A stretch of 63,960 nucleotides of DNA, the filler included, from Octopus bimaculoides (Eukaryota): the NCBI RefSeq assembly GCF_001194135.2. It is 5 parts of 4 records of this genome, joined end to end, with 100 filler letters (N's around TTAATTAATTAA, not from the genome) between each part and the next. Parts side by side here need not be neighbours in the genome. Positions count along the whole stretch, not along the records: positions 23,825 to 44,433 come from NC_068993.1; 4 more parts are not named here. The stretch is one strand, 5' to 3'. Shown piece after piece: positions 26,210 through 37,666 of the stretch. The notes beneath the pieces are model-generated. The model made no database searches. It saw only the letters and a program-made list of their open reading frames with translations, and was not told the DNA's origin. The translations under genes were made by a program, and so were the position numbers. Positions within the stretch are counted from its first letter, which is position 1. Every line of letters begins with the position of its first letter.

Positions 26210-27066
26210 GCATATATATANNNNNNNNNNNNNNNNNNNNNNNNNNNNNNNNNNNNNNNNNNNNNNNNNNNNNNNNNNNNNNNNNNNNNNNNNNNNNNNN
26301 NNNNNNNNNNNNNNNNNNNNNNNNNNNNNNNNNNNNNNNNNNNNNNNNNNNNNNNNNNNNNNNNNNNNNNNNNNNNNNNNNNNNNNNNNNNNNNNNNNNN
26401 NNNNNNNNNNNNNNNNNNNNNNNNNNNNNNNNNNNNNNNNNNNNNNNNNNNNNNNNNNNNNNNNNNNNNNNNNNNNNNNNNNNNNNNNNNNNNNNNNNNN
26501 NNNNNNNNNNNNNNNNNNNNNNNNNNNNNNNNNNNNNNNNNNNNNNNNNNNNNNNNNNNNNNNNNNNNNNNNNNNNNNNNNNNNNNNNNNNNNNNNNNNN
26601 NNNNNNNNNNNNNNNNNNNNNNNNNNNNNNNNNNNNNNNNNNNNNNNNNNNNNNNNNNNNNNNNNNNNNNNNNNNNNNNNNNNNNNNNNNNNNNNNNNNN
26701 NNNNNNNNNNNNNNNNNNNNNNNNNNNNNNNNNNNNNNNNNNNNNNNNNNNNNNNNNNNNNNNNNNNNNNNNNNNNNNNNNNNNNNNNNNNNNNNNNNNN
26801 NNNNNNNNNNNNNNNNNNNNNNNNNNNNNNNNNNNNNNNNNNNNNNNNNNNNNNNNNNNNNNNNNNNNNNNNNNNNNNNNNNNNNNNNNNNNNNNNNNNN
26901 NNNNNNNNNNNNNNNNNNNNNNNNNNNNNNNNNNNNNNNNNNNNNNNNNNNNNNNNNNNNNNNNNNAGACAGACAGACTGACATACGAGGTGGAATAAAA
27001 AAAACTGCAAGGTATTCTTTATATATATACATATATATATATATGTGTGTATATATATATATGCAC

Positions 27067-27111
<45 letters not shown>

Positions 27112-27274
27112 GGCGCAGGAGTGGCTATGTGGTAAGTAGCTTGCTTAACAACCTCATGGTTCCGAGTTCAGTCCCACTGCATGTCACCTTGAGCGAGTGT
27201 CTTCCACTGTAGCCTTGGGCCAACCAAGCCCTTGTGAGTGGATTTGGAAGACGGAAACTGAAAGAAGCCTAGTG

Positions 27275-27306
<32 letters not shown>

Positions 27307-27490
27307 TGTATGTATGTGTGCGTATATATTTATGTATCTGTGTTTGTTTCCCCCAACATCGCTTGACAACCCAGCCTAGCGGTTCGGCGGAAAATACCGA
27401 TAGAATAAGTACTAGGCTCGATTAAGGATGGTGCTCCAGCAAGGCCGCAGTCAAATGACTGAAACAAGTAAAAGAATAAAAGTAAAAGAA
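27112..27490 (+). mobile_element. Full-length family B CORE-type SINE (head, microsatellite, tail)
   Basis: ggcgcaggagtggctatgtggtaag head, CORE-like segment, internal (TATG)n, and tail ...gcaaggccgcagtcaaatgactgaaacaagtaaaagaa. Confidence 0.9.
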
Positions 27491-27495
27491 TGTAT

Positions 27496-27546
<51 letters not shown>

Positions 27547-27622
27547 NNNNNNNNNNNNNNNNNNNNNNNNNNNNNNNNNNNNNNNNNNNNNNNNNNNNNN
27601 NNNNNNNNNNNNNNNNNNNNNN

Positions 27623-27660
<38 letters not shown>

Positions 27661-27715
27661 TGTACATATATGGGTACATCTACACATATATATAAGCATG
27701 TGTGTATGTGTGTGT

Positions 27716-27747
<32 letters not shown>

Positions 27748-27771
27748 ATGAAGAGGAAAAGAGGAGATAGT

Positions 27772-27810
<39 letters not shown>

Positions 27811-28289
27811 CTAAGGAATGAGTACGGGGAAAAAACAAATATTTGCAGGGTAATACTTGATAAACATATGAGTCTCTTAATTAGATCATTAATTAATTAC
27901 TTAATTAATTAATAGCGTAATTAGATATATCATATACTATCTTTCGTAACATTTGTGAGTACGCGGCTGGTAGTCGTGGTGGTGACGATGGTAGTGGTGG
28001 ATGTTGGCTGTAGTCGTGGTAGTGATGGTAGTGGTAAGTATAGTACTGCGATGAAGAGTGTAGTGGTAGCGTTTTTGTTGGTTACGGTAGTGGTGTTCAT
28101 TATCCCTGGAAGTGGTCGGACAACAAATCCCAGCCAGTCGGAATTCACTGAGCGATCGAGATCCACACTACTTAACTTCGGTGCTTGATTCCGTCGTAAT
28201 GTTTATCCTTTCGGTCACTGAATACAAAACGTGGCCCGCCCACCCACGAAACCTCCAATCGGGTCACTTGTTCTGAGTCACCAGTATTA

Positions 28290-28377
28290 CTAATTTTGCT
28301 CAATAACACAACGCATCGAGACTACAACCTTATGATCATGAGTCTAACACTCTAACCACTGAGCCACGTGCCTCCAC
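28290..28377 (-). mobile_element. tRNA-SINE head fragment
   Basis: Reverse complement gtggaggcacgtggctcagtggttagagtgttagactcatgatc is tRNA-like with an A box. Confidence 0.7.
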
Positions 28378-28504
28378 TTTTATTAGTGAGAATAACAGTT
28401 GGTCATATTTGTGGTGGTGAATAGTTAAATATTGGTCGCTCCCCAATCACGGGGAGCCAGGATCGATCCCACTACATGACAGCTGATTGACTTTATAATC
28501 ATAG

Positions 28505-28663
28505 CAAGTAACTTAGTGGTTCGGCAAAAGATAACGATAAAATAAGTATTAGGCTTACAAAGAATAAGTCCTGGAGTCGATTTGTTCGACTTAAAGCGAT
28601 GCTCCAGCATGGCTGCAGTCAAATGACTGAAAAGAGTAAAAGAGTAAAAGAGTAGAAGAGTAA
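28505..28663 (+). mobile_element. Family B SINE tail
   Basis: cttagtggttcggcaaaag...gcttacaaagaataagtcctgg...gctccagcatggctgcagtcaaatgactg, ending in (AAAGAGTA)n. Confidence 0.85.
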
Positions 28664-29857
28664 ACTATCTTACGTATTGTAGAAGCATAGACAATTTATT
28701 GCACATAAATTTTAACAGCAAAATCTTACACGGCCCCCGTTGAGGACCACTGATCCAAATGAAGGATCATCGTGTCCGCTGGAACATACACCGGCTTACC
28801 TCCCCTTGTTTATTGAAAAGCAATAGTATATAATCTGATGCACACTGATTAATCACGTGAAGAAAAGAGTGTGATTGTATAGACAAGTGATACTCTCGTC
28901 ACTGACTACCGCTGTCGCTAACGTAGCGATGTGAAAGGCCCTGCCTAAATCCTCATATATCTCCTCTTCTTCGCAGCAGAGAAATATCTAAAATGGCAGC
29001 GGAGACCTCCGGCGTTCTCTGCACCCAGACCATATCCCTGCTCATCGCTATTGGCACGGAGATGGTTATCTGCAGCAAGTGTGAGCCCCTGAGTTAGACT
29101 GGCTGTCCCAGCGCATCTCCCTCGCCATTTTGTTTTCTGTCTATAATTTCTGATAGTGGACAGAGGAGAGGTCGGGCAGTGTGGACCCAGTCAGAACATC
29201 ACGGTTATTTTCTCCTCTTTTGTGTTGGTTGTGGTTCTCGTACAAGTGGTAGTAATGGTGGTGGTGGTGGTGCTGAAAGATTGTGATGGGGGATTGCGAA
29301 GGTAAATGTGATGTCGATGACGGCGGCGCTGCTGGAGCACAATCAACGGTTTGCCTAACCTTTAGCTACTTCAATCTGCTTCATTTACTTCTCCTTACCC
29401 CACCTCTACTTCTCTAGACATTTCACACACATGCACATAACGCGCTTGTGCATGTATCAACACACTCATATATTCATATATACGTGCATATATATATATA
29501 TATACATGCATACGTGCGTACACAGATATATAGATATAGACCCCCACACGCGCACTCACATATACATACTTATATACATACGTACATACATACATACATA
29601 CATACGTATGCATATATAACAATCACAACACGTTGTAAATGAAAATACGCACGGAGTGTTGAGTAGAGGTTGTTTCATGTGGCAGCGTTCAGTGTGAAAG
29701 TCACTTCTAGTGCACCCACGAATGCTTTAGGCAATTACACTGTGCTGACAGCTGATAAACAGCTGTTCCCTTCTATCTACCTTCTCTGTAATCTCTTTTC
29801 CTCCTCTTTTTTTCTCTAACCTCCTTCTGTTTCTCTCTCCCTCTCTCTCTGCATATC

Positions 29858-29916
<59 letters not shown>

Positions 29917-30009
29917 GTCAGTCTAGGAGAGATAGATAGATTGATAGATAGATAGATTGATAGATAGATGCGGATACAGCCATAAATCTGTAGATATGTA
30001 CTTGTACAT

Positions 30010-30420
30010 ATTCTTTTCTTTTATTCTTTTACTTGTTTCACGCATTTAACTGCGGCCATGCTGAATCACCGTCTCGAAGGGTTTTAGTCGATGAAATCGA
30101 CCCCAGGACATATTCTTTGTAAGCCTAGTACTTATTCAATCGATCTCTTTTACCGAACCACTAGATTACAGGTACCTAAACACACCAGCATCAGTTGTCA
30201 AGTGATGATGGTTGTGGGGGAGACAAACACACACACACACACACATATATATATGTATATATATTCTTTCAGTTTCCGTCTACCAAATCCACTCACAAGG
30301 TTTTGGTCGACCCGAGGCTATAGTAGAAGGTACTTGCCCAACGTGCCACGCAGTCGGACTGAACCCAGAACCATGCGGATAGGAAGGAAACTCCTTACCA
30401 CAAAGCCACGCCAGCGCCAA
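30010..30420 (-). mobile_element. Full-length family B CORE-type SINE
   Basis: Reverse complement is colinear with 27112-27490 and 63345-63778. Confidence 0.9.
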
Positions 30421-30518
30421 TATAAGTAGTATATGCATATATATATGTATATATATTCTTTCAGTTTCCGTCTNNNNNNNNNNNNNNNNNNNNNNNNNNN
30501 NNNNNNTATATGTATGTA

Positions 30519-30571
<53 letters not shown>

Positions 30572-30699
30572 ACTAGAAGGACGAATGTGGGACGAGAGAA
30601 ATAGAATGGTGGGAAAGGGGAGTTTGCTTGAGAGAGGTGGTGGGAGTAAAGACTGTACAAATTAAAGACATTCTTCCCTCCCTACATAAGCAAAGGCTC

Positions 30700-31420
30700 A
30701 TCGAAGAAGCCTACGCGGAAGTCTATATATGGTTGCTTGACCTGCTGTCAAAAATAACCAAATCCTACCTCACTGAGAACACGTTAGATATTGTATTGGC
30801 ATACGTATCTGAAAGAAGACGGGATGATCGCAGCGGGAATGTCTTTAATCAGGGAAGGCCTACAGCTTAATCAACAACAACAATAACGACAACAGATTGA
30901 CCAGCATACAAGCCACTGTTTTTGGCTGATATCTTTATCAACAGACATTTGTATATACACAGTGAATATGAAAATGAATTTCTCCTATGAAAATCTCAGT
31001 CTTGAAGGAATAGATTCAGATGTCTGCTGAGAACGAAAGATAAGGACATGGTTCTAAGATATTCTTGATCAGTGGATCACATACCGCCGCAAACCATCCA
31101 CCTCATTTCAGCCACCCATTTTAAATATAAATTCTGTGTCCTATTTTCTCTTGCACTTCCTCTCATTATGGTAAATGTACATGGCTCTTCAAAAGCCAAC
31201 GGGTGAATTTTTACATAGTCACCCAACCTGCTAAAAATAAGTCACACCTCTCCCTCTCTCTCTCTTTCTTTTTCTCTCCTCCCTCCGTCCCTGTCAAATC
31301 ACATCCTACCTGTGGAAGTAGTCTTAGGTATGCCACTAAAATGACGAATCAGTCGTGGCTGGAATACCTTTATTCATAAGTTTGATAGCTCAGGGTTGAC
31401 CTCAGGATGACCCAAAACAA
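30700..31420 (+). repeat. Two degenerate copies of an interspersed repeat (~30700-30880, ~31210-31420); a third fragment at ~45930-46000
   Basis: Shared pieces by eye: acctgct..aaata..., caaatc(a)cac, and gc(t/g)ggaat..cttt. No coding motif seen. Confidence 0.4.
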
Positions 31421-31559
31421 AATCAACAACAAATAAGGTTCTATTTCCATATTTTTAATCTGTAGGGTTTCGTTATGACCCCTAATACGCCGCTTGATTT
31501 GACTCTAACCTTACATGTTGTTGAGTGCCATGACTAGAAAGACAGACCCTTAATACACA

Positions 31560-31805
31560 CATACAACCCACATTTTCCTGACCTCATATCAAGATAAACA
31601 GCGCATGACCTTGCAGGTGAAGCCCAGTTAGAATTTTCTTAAATTCGAGTAGCCCATCCCACTCAAAAGATCCCCGAATAAGGGTTGTTTTGAGGATGTT
31701 GAACGAAGCATCCATGTTTCCAGAGGTGAATTATCCAAACCGCAAAAAGAAAAAATTCCTCTCAACACATGGCTGTCATGCTTCCCCACTACTTCTGCTC
31801 CTATC
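31560..31805 (-). repeat. Interspersed repeat fragment, possibly a LINE 5' region
   Basis: GC-richer block (rc: ggagcagaagtagtggggaagcatgacagccatgtgttgagaggaatt...cacctgcaaggtcatgcgctgtttatcttgatatgag) recalled as a recurrent octopus repeat; no second copy in this window. Confidence 0.4.
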
Positions 31806-32052
31806 TGACTCTTAATTGTAAATTAATGGTCAGATAAACTCTCATAAGATTTTAGAAGCCTCAGGTGGCTCTCTTAACATTCTCTGTTTATATCATTATG
31901 TTAACCCTTCAGACATATGTATTAATTGCTGGAAGGGACGCCATATTTTATTTTGCAACCATATACTACCAAGCATATTATACTACCAAGCATATTAAAG
32001 ACTTTTATAAATCAATACTGCATCCTACCTGTGTTAGCAATGCTATTCAATC

Positions 32053-32317
32053 ACTTTTAAAAGTTATCTCTACAAATTTTCTATAGAAATTAGAGCTAGC
32101 ACTGAAAGTAACGACGTTTCGTAAACGAATATGTCAATGTAAACAATACGATCAAAAATAGAAAAATATCTATTTTTTCTACCTATTTTACCTGTTTTAT
32201 CTATTTTGCTATCTTCGATTGTATTGCTCATATAGACGTATTTGGATACGAAACGTCATACCTTTCAGTGTTGGCTATAAATTCTATCAAAAATCTGTAG
32301 AGGTAACTTCAAAAAGT
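32053..32317. repeat. Long imperfect inverted repeat (foldback), ~120-bp arms
   Basis: Left acttttaaaagttatctctacaaattttctatagaaattagagctagcactgaaagtaacgacgtttcgta... versus rc of right actttttgaagttacctctacagatttttgatagaatttatagccaacactgaaaggtatgacgtttcgta... Confidence 0.85.
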
Positions 32318-32689
32318 TCAGCCGTACGGTTGCACTGCATAGTTGTTGTTTGATCCGCCGTTGGTTACCTTTTAGCATCAATTAGTGTTTGTCGATATAT
32401 TTGTTTGTTTTATTACTGACGTGTCCCAAAGTTTACATCGTTTTCCCTTCGTCACAGTCGTTGGTTTTGAACATATGGTGACATCGTTCACTCTATGTAT
32501 ATAAACTTTGCTTGAAATATCTACATATGGTTCAAGTCTATTGATATTACATACGTGCTAAATAGAAATATTCAACTGTATGGCAAAAAAAAAAAAAAAC
32601 GGACAAATAATGATTGACTAATACTATAATAGATAAAAACACTTATATGTATGTATATTTATATCCACACATATTTGTATATACATGCG

Positions 32690-32756
<67 letters not shown>

Positions 32757-32772
32757 TTACACACACACACAC

Positions 32773-32808
<36 letters not shown>

Positions 32809-32856
32809 TGATACTCTCATACACAGATATACGTAATTATATATAATTATATATGC

Positions 32857-33030
32857 CAACAGTAATTGTAGGTTTTTGAACACACTTTTGTACTTTACAT
32901 ATCGCGTAGCCAATTCTGAAAACAATATTTCACTGTTCCTAGTGAAGTGTCGTTGTCCTTGTTGTTTTGAAAAGCGGTACCGCGAAACTCGGAGTAAACA
33001 ACTTTTGAAAACCCAGTTCATTTACTGTTG
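32857..33030. mobile_element. Small degenerate MITE-like hairpin, ~174 bp
   Basis: Left caacagtaattgtaggtttt versus rc of right caacagtaaatgaactgggtttt; weak further internal complementarity. Confidence 0.45.
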
Positions 33031-34292
33031 TTATTATTTGTATTTAACATCCTTTATTCGAATTAACAAGACAAACACACACTCCCGCACATACATACAT
33101 ACATGCATACATACATACATACATACATACATACATGCGGGCCTATATGCACATGACTATCTGTAATTATGTCTCTATGTTTACATCCCTGATAAGCGGA
33201 CACTAAAATGGTCATTGTGGAAATAAGACTATTTTAGAGTAAATAAACAATTAAATAAATAAATAAGTATGTTAATAGATAAATAGATACCAGAAGAAGG
33301 ACTGAATTGTAGCGTCATTGATATATTTGCTTCCTAATCATTCGTTTTTTTCTCTTATATGTATGCTTGTGTCTACGCATGCATAAATGTATGCTCATAT
33401 ATATATATATATANNNNNNNNNNNNNNNNNNNNNNNNNNNNNNNNNNNNNNNNNNNNNNNNNNNNNNNNNNNNNNNNNNNNNNNNNNNNNNNNNNNNNNN
33501 NNNNNNNNNNNNNNNNNNNNNNNNNNNNNNNNNNNNNNNNNNNNNNNNNNNNNNNNNNNNNNNNNNNNNNNNNNNNNNNNNNNNNNNNNNNNNNNNNNNN
33601 NNNNNNNNNNNNNNNNNNNNNNNNNNNNNNNNNNNNNNNNNNNNNNNNNNNNNNNNNNNNNNNNNNNNNNNNNNNNNNNNNNNNNNNNNNNNNNNNNNNN
33701 NNNNNNNNNNNNNNNNNNNNNNNNNNNNNNNNNNNNNNNNNNNNNNNNNNNNNNNNNNNNNNNNNNNNNNNNNNNNNNNNNNNNNNNNNNNNNNNNNNNN
33801 NNNNNNNNNNNNNNNNNNNNNNNNNNNNNNNNNNNNNNNNNNNNNNNNNNNNNNNNNNNNNNNNNNNNNNNNNNNNNNNNNNNNNNNNNNNNNNNNNNNN
33901 NNNNNNNNNNNNNNNNNNNNNNNNNNNNNNNNNNNNNNNNNNNNNNNNNNNNNNNNNNNNNNNNNNNNNNNNNNNNNNNNNNNNNNNNNNNNNNNNNNNN
34001 NNNNNNNNNNNNNNNNNNNNNNNNNNNNNNNNNNNNNNNNNNNNNNNNNNNNNNNNNNNNNNNNNNNNNNNNNNNNNNNNNNNNNNNNNNNNNNNNNNNN
34101 NNNNNNNNNNNNNNNNNNNNNNNNNNNNNNNNNNNNNNNNNNNNNNNNNNNNNNNNNNNNNNNNNNNNNNNNNNNNNNNNNNNNNNNNNNNNNNNNNNNN
34201 NNNNNNNNNNNNNNNNNNNNNNNNNNNNNNNNNNNATTTACAGAAAAACAAAAGACGAAGACAGGTGTATGAACAACAAGCAGTGAAAAATG

Positions 34293-34443
34293 TCTTTTAC
34301 GTTTCGAGCCTACGCTCTTCAACAATTCTTTTACGTTTCGAGCCTACGCTCTTCAACAATTCTTTTACGTTTCGAGCCTACGCTGTTCAACAATTCTTTT
34401 ACGTTTCGAGCCTACGCTGTTCAACAATTCTTTTACGCTTCGA
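34293..34443 (-). repeat. 34-bp minisatellite (4.4 copies) whose unit is a hammerhead-like core
   Basis: Plus-strand unit TCTTTTACGTTTCGAGCCTACGCT(C/G)TTCAACAAT starts at 34293, 34327, 34361, 34395, with a partial at 34429. The flank 34238-34292 is homologous to 53645-53725. Confidence 0.95.
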
Positions 34444-34622
34444 ATACTAGATATTTACTAAAGCGTGATAATCGAATTATAAATTAAAGTACGGAGTATG
34501 CTCATATCCTTCGCTGAATCGGCTCTCGAATACTTTTGTGTCAATCTATTGTCGATATAAACTACACTAATATCGTCATTATTTACACTGCATTGGTACT
34601 AGAATAATTCGTGTCGGCCTGC

Positions 34623-34653
<31 letters not shown>

Positions 34654-35810
34654 TCTACCACTGCCATCATCATCACCGTCGTTGTCGTCGCCATCGTCAT
34701 CATCGTCATCGTCGTCGTCATCATCATCATCATCATCATCACTATTATCTTCATAAGCTACACCTGACTGACACTAGTAGTTTATCGTTCCATTAAAGAA
34801 ATGTGCTTATGCCTGAAACAGTTTTGTTTGCATTCTAATAAGTAGTAGACTTCTTTCTTTATTCTATCTTGGTATCAACGAGGAAAAGGTAAGCGACTTT
34901 TAAAGAGTTGTAAAAAACAAAAACAAAAAAAAAAGACTGCAAAACAGATAGATTTGACCCTCATCCCAAGCTGCCGAAATGATCCTCTTGGACCTAATAT
35001 CACCGTGGGTCTAAGTACTTACGGATATGGCCACATATTAAATAAATAGATGCGTTGATGTTATCTGAACCTCAACAAAGAATTCAAACACGCCTCGCTT
35101 CTATTAGTAACTATGAAAGAGACATTCAACACTGAAGGCTGATGACGTCACTACTAGTTTCCAATCTTAGCAGCAGAGATGAACTAATGGAATTGTTAAG
35201 GAGGAGCACTAAGTAAAATGTGCGGCAGTATTTAAATACCACCCTTTATGTTCTGCGTTCAAATCCCGCCAATGTCTTATACTGCCTTTCATCTATTGAG
35301 CTCAATAAAATACCCGTTATATACTGGTGTAGAGGTTAATCAATTTTACCTCTTTCATTACAAATCGATACTGGGTCTTGAAACAGTGATTTGTTAGAAA
35401 CGCTTTAATGGGCGGAGTATATAATTGAGGCTAATGCCAATCAATACCTGTATTCAAATACCATGGGATTATATTTGGTGTTTGGTTCTTAATAATCGAT
35501 AATTGTGATAAATAGGTATCAACTAGGATCGATACCTGGTGGTGTGTCAACAGAGAGACAGGGAACACAGAACAAGAAATTGACATATCTTCATTTACAC
35601 AGATTAATAATTAAATAAATATTTTGTATTCTTCGGTGTTTAACACGAACGAAGAGACAGACAGAGAAAGAGAGATTGTGTGAGGAAGAGAGAGATGTAA
35701 ACGTTGGCCGATATTTAGATAGACAGACAGATAGATAGGTCGATAGATAGACAGGCATGCAGACAGACAGGCAGGTTGTTAAGCAGGTAGGTAGAGACGG
35801 ATAGATAGAG

Positions 35811-35860
<50 letters not shown>

Positions 35861-36016
35861 GTAGGTAGGTAGATAGATAGATAGACAGACAGACAAACAG
35901 ATAGATAAGTAGGTAGGTATATAGATAGACAGGCAGACAGGCAGACAGGCAGACAGACAGATAGGAAGGCAGGTAGGTAGGTAGGTAGATAGGTAGGTAG
36001 GTAGACAAATAGATAA

Positions 36017-36048
<32 letters not shown>

Positions 36049-36094
36049 GCAGATAGGTAAGTAGGTAGGTAGGTAGGTAGGCAAGCAGACAGAC

Positions 36095-36152
<58 letters not shown>

Positions 36153-36391
36153 GATCGTGACAGATATGTCTATACATGAATGTATGTATAGACACCTACG
36201 TGCTCACACACACATATACACACATATCCACAAAGGGAGAGTGAAGCAGCGGATCGTATAACAACAGTTCAATAGAACAAAAGCAAAGTCTAAGAATTGA
36301 TTCTGCCGCGCCACGCCCACGTAAATACACACTCAATTACAAACACGCGCCCGCACACACATACATACGTGTATGTGTGACTGTGTATGTG

Positions 36392-36444
<53 letters not shown>

Positions 36445-37293
36445 CGTGTGTGTATTCGATCTTTTATTTTAATATGCATAGGTCTATATCCATAAGTCTA
36501 TGTGGATACATATGTATATGCGTTTGTGTGTGTGCATGCATATNNNNNNNNNNNNNNNNNNNNNNNNNNNNNNNNNNNNNNNNNNNNNNNNNNNNNNNNN
36601 NNNNNNNNNNNNNNNNNNNNNNNNNNNNNNNNNNNNNNNNNNNNNNNNNNNNNNNNNNNNNNNNNNNNNNNNNNNNNNNNNNNNNNNNNNNNNNNNNNNN
36701 NNNNNNNNNNNNNNNNNNNNNNNNNNNNNNNNNNNNNNNNNNNNNNNNNNNNNNNNNNNNNNNNNNNNNNNNNNNNNNNNNNNNNNNNNNNNNNNNNNNN
36801 NNNNNNNNNNNNNNNNNNNNNNNNNNNNNNNNNNNNNNNNNNNNNNNNNNNNNNNNNNNNNNNNNNNNNNNNNNNNNNNNNNNNNNNNNNNNNNNNNNNN
36901 NNNNNNNNNNNNNNNNNNNNNNNNNNNNNNNNNNNNNNNNNNNNNNNNNNNNNNNNNNNNNNNNNNNNNNNNNNNNNNNNNNNNNNNNNNNNNNNNNNNN
37001 NNNNNNNNNNNNNNNNNNNNNNNNNNNNNNNNNNNNNNNNNNNNNNNNNNNNNNNNNNNNNNNNNNNNNNNNNNNNNNNNNNNNNNNNNNNNNNNNNNNN
37101 NNNNNNNNNNNNNNNNNNNNNNNNNNNNNNNNNNNNNNNNNNNNNNNNNNNNNNNNNNNNNNNNNNNNNNNNNNNNNNNNNNNNNNNNNNNNNNNNNNNN
37201 NNNNNNNNNNNNNNNNNNNNNNNNNNNNNNNNNNNNNNNNNNNNNNNNNNNNNNNNNNNNNNNNNNNNNTATATATATGCATGTACATACATA

Positions 37294-37581
37294 CAGACTA
37301 TGCCTTTCTTTTGCTGGGTTCATTTACGAACCCACGGAAAACGAACCTGCACCAACTATTCTGCCTATATGTCTGTGCACACCTTTCAGTGCAATAATGT
37401 ATGCCAGAAGGTCTGCAAATCTAACGGAGGCCTCAACAGACATTTTCAGATCCACAAAGATCAGAACTTAACTGCAGCTTTTGGTGGTCCAAATCGGATA
37501 TGCAATCTATGTGGGTGTTTTTTCAAAACATTGTCTGGTTTAAAAAGCCAAGCCACACGCCATGACGATTCTAAGATGTAG
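37294..37581 (+). pseudogene. C2H2 zinc-finger-encoding fragment (one near-intact and one degenerate finger), probably an RTE-like LINE C-terminus
   Basis: ...HLRTHGKR...FQCNNVCQKVCKSNGGLNRHFQIH...ICNLCGCFFKTLSGLKSQATRH..* No TGEKP linkers; the 5' side runs into microsatellite and gap. Confidence 0.7.
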
Positions 37582-37632
37582 GTACTGTGCATAAGAAATA
37601 GGCAACTATACATACTTACATTAATACATACA

Positions 37633-37666
<34 letters not shown>

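Noticed and set aside
28110-28200. Possible 5S rRNA-derived fragment (rc caccgaagttaag); similar hint at ~40340-40390
   Set aside because: Only about 13 nt match by eye; the rest does not align convincingly.
30430-30473. Direct repeat of 30246-30281 next to a gap
   Set aside because: Most likely the start of another SINE copy or a gap-edge assembly duplication.
34293-34443. CRISPR-like appearance of the 34-bp repeats
   Set aside because: Units are contiguous with no unique spacers, no cas genes, and the DNA is eukaryotic.
34611-34796. Poly-His ORFs (also 62098-62511)
   Set aside because: Degenerate (CAT)/(GGT) trinucleotide repeats with no flanking coding evidence.
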